Positions 41,283 through 50,411 of a stretch of DNA of 64,000 bases are shown in pieces. A program made the translations under genes and the position numbers. The DNA is taken from the NCBI GenBank assembly GCA_036676985.1, contig JAKFBU010000056.1, positions 199,629 through 263,628 on the forward strand. Reading direction: 5' to 3'. The notes beneath the pieces are model-generated. The model was not told where the DNA came from and ran no database searches. It saw nothing but the letters and a program-made list of their open reading frames with translations. The stretch is from Candidatus Sericytochromatia bacterium. GTDB lineage: Bacteria; Cyanobacteriota; Sericytochromatia; S15B-MN24; UBA4093. Position 1 is the stretch's first letter; each line of letters begins with the position of its first letter.

Positions 41283-41831
41283 TCAGCGCCGAAAGAGCTC
41301 GGACCAGAAGAGGTCCTGGCGTCGATCGCCGACCACGATCACGTTGCCCCGGAGGTCCGAGGTGTACCGCGAATGGTACGTGAAGGTCCCGGTGTAGCGG
41401 TTGAAGCTCCGCGTGTAGCGCTCACCGGGGGCCAGCACGCCCTCCCAGTCGCCCTCCTGGGTGGCGCCGCCCGGAATCGGAGAGGTCACGGACTGGGTGA
41501 CCCGATCCTGGTTGATCCAGGTCACGCTGCCTCCCATGCGCACGCGGACGTAGTAGGGGTGGTAGCGGTTGTCCTTGATGACGACGACCGGGTGGTCGAG
41601 ATCGCCCCAGGGCACGTCGAGCTTCGGCCCGACCGGGCCGCCCGTACTGGGAGTCACGGGCCCCGGCACCGGTACCACCGGGTCGTTGCCCATGATTGGC
41701 GTCTGAGGGGTCTGAGCAGGGGCCTCGGGGGCCGGCGGGAGCGGGATCGCCGGGGGCGGCTCCTGGCCGCAACCGACCGATCCCAGGAGCAGCGAGGCCA
41801 TGAGGCCGACGAGGCGCAGGTTGGCAGGCAT
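41283..41831 (-). CDS. Cupredoxin-fold lipoprotein lacking copper ligands (type B, copy 2)
   Basis: Lipobox SVGC, Pro-rich linker, G.SVTWINQD..QSVT...G.L.PGE.Y...F...TFTYHSRYTSDLRG. Confidence 0.8.
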   Translation of the reverse strand: MPANLRLVGLMASLLLGSVGCGQEPPPAIPLPPAPEAPAQTPQTPIMGNDPVVPVPGPVTPSTGGPVGPKLDVPWGDLDHPVVVIKDNRYHPYYVRVRMGGSVTWINQDRVTQSVTSPIPGGATQEGDWEGVLAPGERYTRSFNRYTGTFTYHSRYTSDLRGNVIVVGDRRQDLFWSELFRR

Positions 41832-42018
41832 GACATGGCTCCTGTCGCTTAACCAAACAATTGAGGGTCAGGATACGTCAGTTCGATCGACGTGCGCTTG
41901 ACCTGATTCCACAAGGATTTTTACTGGTTTCGCACCGGGTCGCCTCTGCGCTGAAGACCAGGTCCTTCGCGCCCAGGGGAGAATCGCTCAAAAGGACGGC
42001 TGCCGGACAGGAGTCGAA

Positions 42019-42046
42019 AGGCCTTCCCCGCTACCGGGGAAGGCCT
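42019..42046 (-). terminator. Hairpin terminator
   Basis: AGGCCTTCCCCG-ctac-CGGGGAAGGCCT followed by T residues on the minus strand. Confidence 0.7.
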
Positions 42047-42068
42047 CGTCGTCAGGCGGTGGCGATGG

Positions 42069-42653
42069 CTAATAGCCGCCCACCGTCACGCTACCCCGCA
42101 TATAGGGGTGGTACCGGCAGTAGTAGTCGATGCGACCCGGCAGGTTGAACGTGAAGGAATAGCTCTGACCCGGCTGGAGCACGCCGTCGAAGGCGCCGGT
42201 GGTCGTGACTTGCCCCGGCAGGGGCGACGTCACGGTGTGCGGCACGGAGTCCTGGTTGATCCAGATCACCGTCCCGCCGACCGGCACGTTGATGTTGCCG
42301 GGCAGGTACTGATAGCCGCGAATGACCACCGTGTTCTGGGCGTAGGGGCGGTAAAGGCTCGGATAGAAGGGCCGGTAATAGGGATAATAGGGGCGATAGT
42401 AAGGAAAATACCCGCGGAAGCGCCGCCGGGGTCGATCACGGTCATCGTCATCGTCGTCATCGTCGTCTCGGCCCCGGAGCTGCTGGGTGTCGCGCTCCGC
42501 CCCGAGCTGCGCCTCGGGCCGGAGCGCCTCCTGTTGGCTCGTCACCTGGTTCTCGGGCTCGCTCGGAGCCGGGGCGGTGGTGGGGACGTAGGAGCATGCG
42601 GTAGTAGCCGCAAGCGCACCCAGGACGACCGCAAAGGCCTTCGTATGAAGCAT
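42069..42653 (-). CDS. Blue-copper (plastocyanin/amicyanin-like) lipoprotein with poly-Asp and Arg/Tyr/Pro-rich tract (type A, copy 2)
   Basis: GGAGG SD before MLHTKAF; lipobox TTAC; HTVT...YYCRYHPYM gives all four type-1 Cu ligands. Confidence 0.88.
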   Translation of the reverse strand: MLHTKAFAVVLGALAATTACSYVPTTAPAPSEPENQVTSQQEALRPEAQLGAERDTQQLRGRDDDDDDDDDRDRPRRRFRGYFPYYRPYYPYYRPFYPSLYRPYAQNTVVIRGYQYLPGNINVPVGGTVIWINQDSVPHTVTSPLPGQVTTTGAFDGVLQPGQSYSFTFNLPGRIDYYCRYHPYMRGSVTVGGY

Positions 42654-42817
42654 CGTCAAACCTCCTTGGACCAGGGTTGCCCCTTGGCAGGAACTCAATG
42701 TCCCTACCCTAATGGCGTTCGGAGGTCATGACCTGGCACAAGGACGCCAAGCTTTGGGTCGTCCGGGCTCGCTTGACGCTAGGCAAGGGCGAGGTCTCGC
42801 CCTCGCTCGATGAGCGC

Positions 42818-43333
42818 TCAGCGCCGATCGCCGACGACGATCACGTTGCCGCGCAGATCCTGGGTGTAGGTGGAGTGGTAGGTGAAGGTCCCCGTGTAGC
42901 GCTGGAACGACTTGGTGTAGCTCTCACCGGGGGCCAGCACGCCCTCCCAGTAGCCTTCCTGGGTCGCCCCGCCCGGGATCGGCGAGGTCACGGACTGGGT
43001 CACGCGGTCCTGGTTGATCCAGGTCACGCTGCCCCCCAGCTTCACGTGGACGTAGTAGGGGTAGTAGCGGCCGTCCTTGATGACGACGACCGGGTTGTCG
43101 AGATCGCCCCACGGCTTGCTGATGTCCTGCACGCGGTTCTGAACCGATGGGCTCAGGGTCTCGGGTACCCAGCCCATGACGTCGGGGGCGGGCACCGGCG
43201 TCTCAGGAAGTCCAAGTGCTGGGTTGGCGGGCTCGGGAGCGGGCACGGCGGGAACCGGCGTCTGCTCCTGGGCGGCGCAACCGGCCAGCACGACCATCAG
43301 CGTCAGCCAGGGCACGGGAGACGTAACACGCAT
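42818..43333 (-). CDS. Cupredoxin-fold lipoprotein lacking copper ligands (type B, copy 1)
   Basis: Lipobox LAGC; C-terminal domain nearly identical to that of 41283..41831. Confidence 0.8.
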   Translation of the reverse strand: MRVTSPVPWLTLMVVLAGCAAQEQTPVPAVPAPEPANPALGLPETPVPAPDVMGWVPETLSPSVQNRVQDISKPWGDLDNPVVVIKDGRYYPYYVHVKLGGSVTWINQDRVTQSVTSPIPGGATQEGYWEGVLAPGESYTKSFQRYTGTFTYHSTYTQDLRGNVIVVGDRR

Positions 43334-43567
43334 CGGTGACTCCTCTCGTCTAACGAGTTGACGAGGGTCACGTTAGCGCATCAAGCATCCCTTGCGTAGG
43401 GTCGGAAGTCGGGAAATCTTTTGAAAGCGAGCAAGCGCGACCGGAGGGACGTCCGGACCACCATGGACGGCCAACCAGAGGCCCAGCCGCGGTCCGGTTC
43501 GCGACTGGGCCTGCCGCCATAGTCCCGTCGCCCGCCGACGCGCGGGCGGCCGGCCGGGCCTTGGGCG

Positions 43568-44389
43568 TTATTGCGCGCCGCCCACGACCACCGTTCCCCG
43601 CATGGTCGGGTGTAACCGGCAGTAATAGTCGATGCGAACGGGCGTGGTGAAGGAATAGGAGTAGCTCTGCCCCGACGCCACCATGCCGTCGAAGCCCGTG
43701 CCGGTCACGGTATGGGGGGCCGAGTCCTGGTTGACCCAGGTCACGGTCGCGCCCACCGGAACGTTGATGACGCTCGGCGAATACTGGAAGTTACTGATGG
43801 TCACGCTAAACGCCCCCATGGGCGCTTGCTGCACGGCCCCTGGTTGTCCCATCGGCTGACCAGGTTGCTGCCCGTATTGCTGCATGCCCTGTTGCTGGTC
43901 GGGCTGCTGCCCATATGGCTGCTGATCAGGCTGCTGACCTTGCTGCATGCCCTGCTGCTGATCCGGTTGCTGGCCGTATTGCTGTTGATCCGGCTGCTGC
44001 CCTTGCTGCATGCCCTGTTGCTGATCGGGTTGCTGAGCGTATTGCTGCTGATCGGGCTGGCCGTAGGGCTGAGTCGCCTGATAAGGAGCGACGTAGGGAG
44101 TGACGTACGGCCGGTAATAGGGCACGTACGGCACGACGTAGGAATACCGACGGTAGTACGGGTAATAGTACCGGGAGTAAAAGCGATAGTAGGGCCGGAA
44201 GCGGCGTCGCCGGTACCGCTGCTGGACTGAACGCTCCTGCATGGTGGACGCTTCGGCCGATACCGTATGGTCCTGCGTGGTCACGGGGATCCCGCCGGGT
44301 GACGTGGCGGTCGGAATCTGCTGGGAGCAAGCGGTAGATGCGGTCAGCCCTCCGAGCAGCACCGCGTACGCGAGTTTCGATTGACGCAT
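43568..44389 (-). CDS. Blue-copper lipoprotein with Arg/Tyr-rich tract and Gln-rich repeats (type A, copy 1)
   Basis: GGAGG SD before MRQSKLAY; lipobox STAC; HTVT...YYCRLHPTM. Confidence 0.88.
   Translation of the reverse strand: MRQSKLAYAVLLGGLTASTACSQQIPTATSPGGIPVTTQDHTVSAEASTMQERSVQQRYRRRRFRPYYRFYSRYYYPYYRRYSYVVPYVPYYRPYVTPYVAPYQATQPYGQPDQQQYAQQPDQQQGMQQGQQPDQQQYGQQPDQQQGMQQGQQPDQQPYGQQPDQQQGMQQYGQQPGQPMGQPGAVQQAPMGAFSVTISNFQYSPSVINVPVGATVTWVNQDSAPHTVTGTGFDGMVASGQSYSYSFTTPVRIDYYCRLHPTMRGTVVVGGAQ
43840..44070 (-). repeat. Intragenic tandem repeats encoding (Y)GQQPDQQQ / GMQQ units
   Basis: Six QPDQQ units alternating with YG/YA and GMQQG spacers. Confidence 0.9.
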
Positions 44390-44632
44390 GGAGCCTCCCT
44401 CCTGCAAGGATGCATGCCTGGTCGGCATCCGCACCCGCACGCCGACGGTACCCCCTCGCGCGATCGGGAGGATGGAGCGCGGCTTCCAAACTTCCCCCGC
44501 CCGGGGCTCGCTTAACGTTGGGCGAGACCAGGCCATTGCATGGCGCCGAGGGCCGTCACCTGCCGGAGAGCTTGGCTTGGCGTATAATGGAGCGACACTC
44601 ACGGGCCACACGACAGGAGGCTGCGAAGCGGC

Positions 44633-45037
44633 ATGGGCGAACGGAAGATTCGGGTACTGATCGGCAAACCGGGGCTGGACGGCCACGACCGCGGCGCCAA
44701 GGTCGTCGCGCGCGCCCTGCGGGACGCCGGCATGGAGGTCATCTACACCGGCCTGCACCAGACGCCCCAGGAGATCGTCAACGTCGCCATCCAGGAGGAC
44801 GTGGACGTCGTGGGCCTCAGCCTGCTGTCCGGAGCGCACCTGACGCTGGTGCCCACCATCTGCCAGCTGCTGCGCGACCATGGCGCCGACGACATGACCG
44901 TGCTCGTGGGCGGCATCATCCCCGAGGCCGACGTCGCCTCCCTCAAGGAGGCCGGCGCCCACGGCGTGTTCGGTCCCGGAACGTCGACCGAGGCGATCGT
45001 CACCTTCATCTCCGACCGCGCCTCCAGCCGGGTCTAG
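44633..45037 (+). CDS. Stand-alone cobalamin-binding subunit of an acyl-CoA (methylmalonyl-CoA) mutase
   Basis: [48 protein letters not shown]. Confidence 0.93.
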   Translation: MGERKIRVLIGKPGLDGHDRGAKVVARALRDAGMEVIYTGLHQTPQEIVNVAIQEDVDVVGLSLLSGAHLTLVPTICQLLRDHGADDMTVLVGGIIPEADVASLKEAGAHGVFGPGTSTEAIVTFISDRASSRV

Positions 45038-45041
45038 GGCC

Positions 45042-45335
45042 ATGGTCATCGCGGCGGCCCGCCTCAACCTGCACCTGCCGTCGTCCCACTCCCTCAAGGA
45101 CAAGCGGCGGATCGTCAAGTCCATCGTCACCCGCCTGCAAAACGAGTTCCACGTGACGGCCGCGGAGATCGAGGAGCAGGACGTCTGGCAGGTGGCCATC
45201 CTGGGCATCGCCTACATCAGCTCGGACGCGAGCCACGCCAACTCCGTCATCTCCAAGGCCGTGCACTTCGTCGAGACCGGTCACTGGGACTCCTGGCTCT
45301 CGAACTACGAGCTCGAAATCCTGCACGTCTTTTGA
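45042..45335 (+). CDS. DUF503 (YlxP-like) protein
   Basis: SHSLKDKRRIVKS...F.V..AE...QD.WQ. Confidence 0.88.
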   Translation: MVIAAARLNLHLPSSHSLKDKRRIVKSIVTRLQNEFHVTAAEIEEQDVWQVAILGIAYISSDASHANSVISKAVHFVETGHWDSWLSNYELEILHVF

Positions 45336-45461
45336 CCCCGTCCATGAGGACCGGTTGGCCGCCCGAATGCCGCACGAGGTGTCGCCCGCTGGTAATCGAG
45401 AAACCTTGGGATATAATGGGCTAGCCACTCTCAGCAGCCACCCAAGGAGCAATCTCGTCCC

Positions 45462-46718
45462 ATGGCAACGCTTTCCCGGGCCCCGGCCGCCGACCTCATC
45501 GCCGAGGCCGAGCGCGAACTCGCCCCCGTCTGGGCCGCCCTCGATCAGATCCGGCACCGCAACCAGAAGAAGGTCCTCCAGGCCTTCCTCGATCACCAGA
45601 TTGGAGAGCAGCACTTCGCCGGCACGACGGGCTACGGCCACGGGGACCTGGGCCGCGAGGCCATGGAGCGGGTCTTCGCCCAGGTCATGGGCGCCGAAGC
45701 CGCCCTGGTGCGGACCCAGTTCGCCTCGGGCACCCACGCCATCGCCGTCGCCCTCTTCGGGGCCCTCAAGCCGGGCGACGAGCTGCTCTACGTCACGGGC
45801 CACCCCTACGACACCCTTGAAGAAGTCATCGGCACCCGGGCTCCGGGGCAGGGCTCCCTCATGGAGTGGGGCGTCACCTACCGCGAGCTGGACCTGACGG
45901 CCGAGGGCCGCGTGGACCTCGCGGCCCTGCCGACCACCTTGCGGCCCGAGACCCGGGTGGTCGCCATCCAGCGCTCCCGGGGCTATGCCTGGCGCCCCTC
46001 GGTCGACGTCGCGGAGATCGGCGACATCATCCGGCGGATCAAGGCCGTGCGGCCCGACGTGGTGGTCTTCGTCGACAACTGCTACGGCGAGTTCACCGAG
46101 CCCCTGGAGCCTTGCGACGTGGGCGCGGACCTGGTCGCGGGCAGCCTCATCAAGAACCCGGGCGGCGGCATCGTGCCCATGGGCGGCTACGTGGCCGGGC
46201 GCGAGGACCTGGTCGAGCGCGCCGCCTGTCGCCTCATCGCGCCGGGCATCGGCCGCGACGGCGGGGCGAGCCTCGACTACAACCGCCTGCTCTTCCAGGG
46301 CCTGTTCCTCGCACCCAACGTGGTGGGCGAGGCCATGAAGGCCGCCACCCTCGCCAGCCGCCTCTTCGCGTCCATGGGCTTCGAGGTGGATCCCGCGCCC
46401 ACGGCCATGCGCACCGACATCATCCAGGCCGTCCGGCTGGGCGACCCGGACCTGCTCATCGCCTTCTGCCGGGGCATCCAGGAGTCCTCGCCCGTCCACA
46501 GCTACGTCTTGCCCATCCCCGACGTGGTGCCGGGCTACGAGGACAACGTCGTCATGGCGGGCGGCACCTTCATCGAGGGCTCAACCATCGAGCTGTCGGC
46601 GGACGGTCCCCTGCGCGAGCCGTACGTGGCCTACTTCCAGGGCGGCCTGACGTACTCGCACGCGCGCCTCGCCCTCGAGCACTGCCTCGAGCGCATGCGA
46701 GAGGCGGTGCGGGCATGA
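45462..46718 (+). CDS. Methionine gamma-lyase family / aluminium-resistance (YnbB-like) PLP enzyme
   Basis: TGYG..D.GR, SGTHAI, QRSRGY, VDNCYGEF, GSLIKNPGGG, ELSADGP. Confidence 0.92.
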   Translation: MATLSRAPAADLIAEAERELAPVWAALDQIRHRNQKKVLQAFLDHQIGEQHFAGTTGYGHGDLGREAMERVFAQVMGAEAALVRTQFASGTHAIAVALFGALKPGDELLYVTGHPYDTLEEVIGTRAPGQGSLMEWGVTYRELDLTAEGRVDLAALPTTLRPETRVVAIQRSRGYAWRPSVDVAEIGDIIRRIKAVRPDVVVFVDNCYGEFTEPLEPCDVGADLVAGSLIKNPGGGIVPMGGYVAGREDLVERAACRLIAPGIGRDGGASLDYNRLLFQGLFLAPNVVGEAMKAATLASRLFASMGFEVDPAPTAMRTDIIQAVRLGDPDLLIAFCRGIQESSPVHSYVLPIPDVVPGYEDNVVMAGGTFIEGSTIELSADGPLREPYVAYFQGGLTYSHARLALEHCLERMREAVRA

Positions 46719-47167
46719 GCCATCCCAAGCAGCCGCGCATCCGCGTGGCCACCATCTTGCCCCAGGGCGACTCCCTGCTCCTGGTGCGCCACCGCAAGGG
46801 CGACAAGCGCTACTGGATGCTGCCGGGCGGCGGGCTCGACTACGGCGAGACCTTCGAGCAGTGCGCCATCCGCGAGATCAAGGAGGAGACGGGGCTCGAC
46901 ATCTCCATCGAGCGCATGCTCTACCTCTCCGAGGCCATCTGCCCGCGCGGCACCCGGCACATCGTGAACGTCTACATGCTCGGGCGCATCGAGGGCGGCA
47001 CGCTCGCGGTGCCCGCCGAGGACGTCATCGAGGAGGTGCGCTTCGTCCCCTTCTCGGAGCTCTCCACCATCACCCTCTACCCGCCCATCGCCGAGCAGCT
47101 GCTCTCCTCCCATGCCTCCGGGTATGCGGGGGGCATCCTGAACCTCGGCTCCATGTGGATGGACTAG
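46715..47167 (+). CDS. NUDIX hydrolase
   Basis: ATGA overlap; Nudix box GGGLDYGETFEQCAIREIKEETGL. Confidence 0.9.
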   Translation: MSHPKQPRIRVATILPQGDSLLLVRHRKGDKRYWMLPGGGLDYGETFEQCAIREIKEETGLDISIERMLYLSEAICPRGTRHIVNVYMLGRIEGGTLAVPAEDVIEEVRFVPFSELSTITLYPPIAEQLLSSHASGYAGGILNLGSMWMD

Positions 47168-47180
47168 CGACCGGCCCCCC

Positions 47181-49535
47181 ATGGACGACGCCACGCGACG
47201 CTCGATCATCGCCCGCAGCGTGGCGATCGCCATGGCGGTCGTGGGGCTCTGGGGCCTCGGAACCTGGTGGCTCGGGCGGCCGGACTGGGCGGGACTGGTT
47301 CCGGGCTCGCCCCCCGTGCTGCCCGGCACCGCCGCTTGGATGCTCCTCTGTGCCGGGGCGATCCACCTCGACCTCGGCCGCGCGCTGCTGAAGCGGGCGG
47401 CCCTCGCTTGTGCGCTCCTGAGCCTCGCCCTCGCCCTGGCGATGCTCCTCATGCTGTTAGGGGGCTGGGGCTCTTTCTTGCCGTTGCCAAACGGACTGAC
47501 GGGCCTGTCCATGGCCCTGGTGAGCCTTTCGCTGGCCCTTCGAGACCACCCCTGGCGCCCGGAGCTGGATCCGAGCGCCATGTTGGCCATCCTGGGCCAA
47601 ATCGCTCCGTATTTCGCCCTCACGGGCTACGCGCTCCAGGTGACGGAGCTGTACCGCCCCGAGCGCAGCAACAGCATGGCGCTTGCCACGGCGTTGCTGC
47701 TCATCGGCGGAGCCATGGCCTCCCTCGCCTCGCGACCCGCAAGGCGCGTGATGGCTTGGTGGCACAAGGACTCGCTCGGGGGGACCCTGCTCCGCCGCCA
47801 GGTTCCCATGGTCCTCCTCGCGCCCGCGCTCTTGGGCATGCTCGTGGTCGCCGGCGAACACGGCAACCTCTACAGCCGCGAGGTCTCCGTCGGGCTGATC
47901 CTCGTCATCTCGGGGCTGACAGGGGCCCTCCACACCAGCTGGACGTCGCGGTCGCTCGACGACCTCGAGGCGGCCCAAGCCGTCACCATGCGGGACCTTC
48001 AGGCCAGCGAGGCCATGTTCCGCGGCCTGATGGAGAGCGCATCCGACGCCATCCTGGTGGTCGACGAGCAAGGGCGCATCGCCTTCAAGAACCGCCAGGT
48101 CGCCACCATGTTCGGCTACGAGCCAGAAGAGCTCCTGGGCATGGCCATCGATCAGCTCGTCCCCGACCGCTTCCGTGCGGCGCACGGCTCCCTGGTCGGC
48201 GCCTACTTCGCGGGGCCGTGGCACCGCGATCGGAAGGGCCTGCCCGATCTCTACGGCCGACGCAAGGACGGCAGCGAGTTCCCGGCCGAGATCAGCCTCA
48301 GCCCGCTCGAGTCCGTCGAGGGTCGCTTCGTGATGGTCCTCTTGCGCGATCTGACGGAGCAGCGGCGGTCGGCGGAGGCCATCGCCCAGCTCAACGCCGA
48401 GCTCCAGCGCCGCAACGAGGAGATCGAGGCCGAGATCGCCGCCCGGACAGCGGAGCTGGCCCGGCAGAACGACCTGGTGCAGCAGGTCATCCGGAACGTG
48501 CCCGCGGGCATCGCCATGGTCGACCCGGACCTGGCCTTTCGCTGGGCGAACCCGGAGTATCCGCGTCAGCTCGGCATGGACCACGACCAGCTCCTGGCAA
48601 GCCGGCTCGCGGACGTGGTCCCGGGGCTCGACGGCGGCAGGCTGGATCTGGAGTCGCTGCGATCGGGGCAGACCTTGCGCCTGATCGGCGCGCCCCTGGT
48701 CCGAGACGGCGTCACGACCTTCTGGGACGCCTCGCTCGTCCCCTTCTTCGCGAACGATTGCTACCAGGGCTGCATCCTGCTCGCCAACGAGGTGACGGCG
48801 CACATCGAGCTCGAACGCATGCAGCAGGATCACATCCAGGCCCTGGAGCGAGCGGATGCCCTCAAGGACGAGTTCCTGAACATCGTGTCGCACGAGCTGC
48901 GAACCCCGCTCGCCATCCTGTCGGGGACGCTCAGCCTCTTCGCCTACGAGGTGGACGGCCCGCTCAATGACTCGCAGCGGCGGGACGTGGCCCGCATGCG
49001 GGAAAGTACGGAACATCTACTGACGCTCGTCAATGATCTCCTTGATATAAGTATGATTCAGGCCGGACGCCTGACCATCGTCCCGCGCCCCCTGCACGTG
49101 GGCGACCTGGTGGAGGCGGCCGTCGACATCGTGCGGCCTCTGGCCTCGGCCAGGCGCATCACGGTCCGGACGGAGCTGGATCCAGACCTGCCGGAGGTGT
49201 CCGCCGACGGCCAACGGATCCGGCAGGTGATCATCAATCTACTGGGCAACGCCCTGAAATTCTCGCCGTCCGAGAGCTCGGTCGAGATCCGGGTGCGCCG
49301 GGAGGCGGCGGGCCTGCGCTGCGAGGTGTCGGACGAGGGGCCCGGGGTGGCCCTGCAGGACCACGAGCGGATCTTCGAGAAGTTCACGCGGCTCGAAGGG
49401 GGGGCGGATCAAGACGGCGCGGGCCTCGGACTGTACATCTGCCGTGCGCTCGTCGAACTGCACGGGGGCGGTCTGGGGGTCGACAGCGACGGTAGGAACG
49501 GCAGCACGTTTTGGTTCTCGCTGCCTCGGAGGTGA
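47181..49535 (+). CDS. Membrane sensor histidine kinase with two PAS domains
   Basis: Multi-TM N-terminus, PAS (RRKDGSEFP), H-box SHELRTPL, N box NLLGNALKF, DEGPG, GLGL. Confidence 0.93.
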   Translation: MDDATRRSIIARSVAIAMAVVGLWGLGTWWLGRPDWAGLVPGSPPVLPGTAAWMLLCAGAIHLDLGRALLKRAALACALLSLALALAMLLMLLGGWGSFLPLPNGLTGLSMALVSLSLALRDHPWRPELDPSAMLAILGQIAPYFALTGYALQVTELYRPERSNSMALATALLLIGGAMASLASRPARRVMAWWHKDSLGGTLLRRQVPMVLLAPALLGMLVVAGEHGNLYSREVSVGLILVISGLTGALHTSWTSRSLDDLEAAQAVTMRDLQASEAMFRGLMESASDAILVVDEQGRIAFKNRQVATMFGYEPEELLGMAIDQLVPDRFRAAHGSLVGAYFAGPWHRDRKGLPDLYGRRKDGSEFPAEISLSPLESVEGRFVMVLLRDLTEQRRSAEAIAQLNAELQRRNEEIEAEIAARTAELARQNDLVQQVIRNVPAGIAMVDPDLAFRWANPEYPRQLGMDHDQLLASRLADVVPGLDGGRLDLESLRSGQTLRLIGAPLVRDGVTTFWDASLVPFFANDCYQGCILLANEVTAHIELERMQQDHIQALERADALKDEFLNIVSHELRTPLAILSGTLSLFAYEVDGPLNDSQRRDVARMRESTEHLLTLVNDLLDISMIQAGRLTIVPRPLHVGDLVEAAVDIVRPLASARRITVRTELDPDLPEVSADGQRIRQVIINLLGNALKFSPSESSVEIRVRREAAGLRCEVSDEGPGVALQDHERIFEKFTRLEGGADQDGAGLGLYICRALVELHGGGLGVDSDGRNGSTFWFSLPRR

Positions 49536-49537
49536 AC

Positions 49538-50164
49538 ATGCAAGCCCTGCAACCGGAGTTGCCCCGCGTCTTGGTCGTGGACGATCAGGTGAGCCTCCTC
49601 GAGATCCTCCGGCGCTGGCTCTCTCGCGGCGGCTACGAGGTCCAGGTCGCCGCCGACGGCGTCGAGGCCCTGGCGCTGGCCAAGGAGCACCGCTTCGACG
49701 TGGTCGTGACGGACCTCAAGATGCCGGGCATCAACGGCTTGCAGCTCATGTCCCTGTTCAAGGATCTCGATCCCAGCATCGAGGTGATCTTCTTGACGGG
49801 CCAGGGCACCATGCAGGACGCCATCGAGGCCCTGCGCGAAGGACGAGCCTTCGACTTCCTGCAAAAGCCGCTCAGGGACCTGCACGAGCTGAACCTGGCC
49901 ATCGACAAGGCCCTGTTGCGCCGGCGCAGGCCCGATACGCCGATGCCCAGCCGTGTTGCTCCGTCGCGCCTCGAGGTCCTGAACGCTCGCGAAAACGAGA
50001 TCCTGGCCCAGCTCGCCCGAGGACTGGACAACCGGGCGATCGCCGCCCAGATGGCCCTGAGCGAGAAGACCATCCGCAACTACCTGACGCGCATCTACGA
50101 GAAGCTGGGAGTCACCAGTCGCACCCAGGCGCTCCTCGTCCTGCAGGAGGAGGCCGTTTCCTAG
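49538..50164 (+). CDS. Response regulator, REC + LuxR/NarL HTH
   Basis: VVDD, TDLKMP, KP; RE.EIL..LARG..N..IA....LSEKTIRNY. Confidence 0.93.
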   Translation: MQALQPELPRVLVVDDQVSLLEILRRWLSRGGYEVQVAADGVEALALAKEHRFDVVVTDLKMPGINGLQLMSLFKDLDPSIEVIFLTGQGTMQDAIEALREGRAFDFLQKPLRDLHELNLAIDKALLRRRRPDTPMPSRVAPSRLEVLNARENEILAQLARGLDNRAIAAQMALSEKTIRNYLTRIYEKLGVTSRTQALLVLQEEAVS

Positions 50165-50194
50165 GCATCCACCGTCTCATCCCCCCCTCCCCGT

Positions 50195-50225
50195 GCGGCC
50201 GATCGATGCGCTATCGATCGGCCGC
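50195..50225 (+). terminator. Hairpin terminator after the response regulator
   Basis: GCGGCCGATCGAT-gcgct-ATCGATCGGCCGC followed by cgactttt. Confidence 0.65.
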
Positions 50226-50251
50226 CGACTTTTAGCGAACTTTCGCCCCAG

Positions 50252-50288
50252 AGGACAATTGTCCTTCACAACAAAGGACAAATATCTC
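50252..50288. promoter_or_regulatory. Palindromic operator AGGACAATTGTCCT plus degenerate second copy
   Basis: Perfect 14-bp palindrome at 50252-50265 and AGGACAAATATCTC at 50275-50288, upstream of the MCP. Confidence 0.6.
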
Positions 50289-50411
50289 TAGGGAAGCGGA
50301 ATAAATACGGATATGATGGCTTTGCTTTCATTAGATATGGCAAATTTTCCGTACCTTAAAGCGTTCGTCACATTTCCACGCAAAAATCGGCTGCGTAGCA
50401 AGGGAGGGTTC

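Noticed and set aside
43840-44070. Tandem repeats as a possible CRISPR array
   Set aside because: Units are in-frame coding repeats with synonymous variation, no unique spacers and no cas genes.
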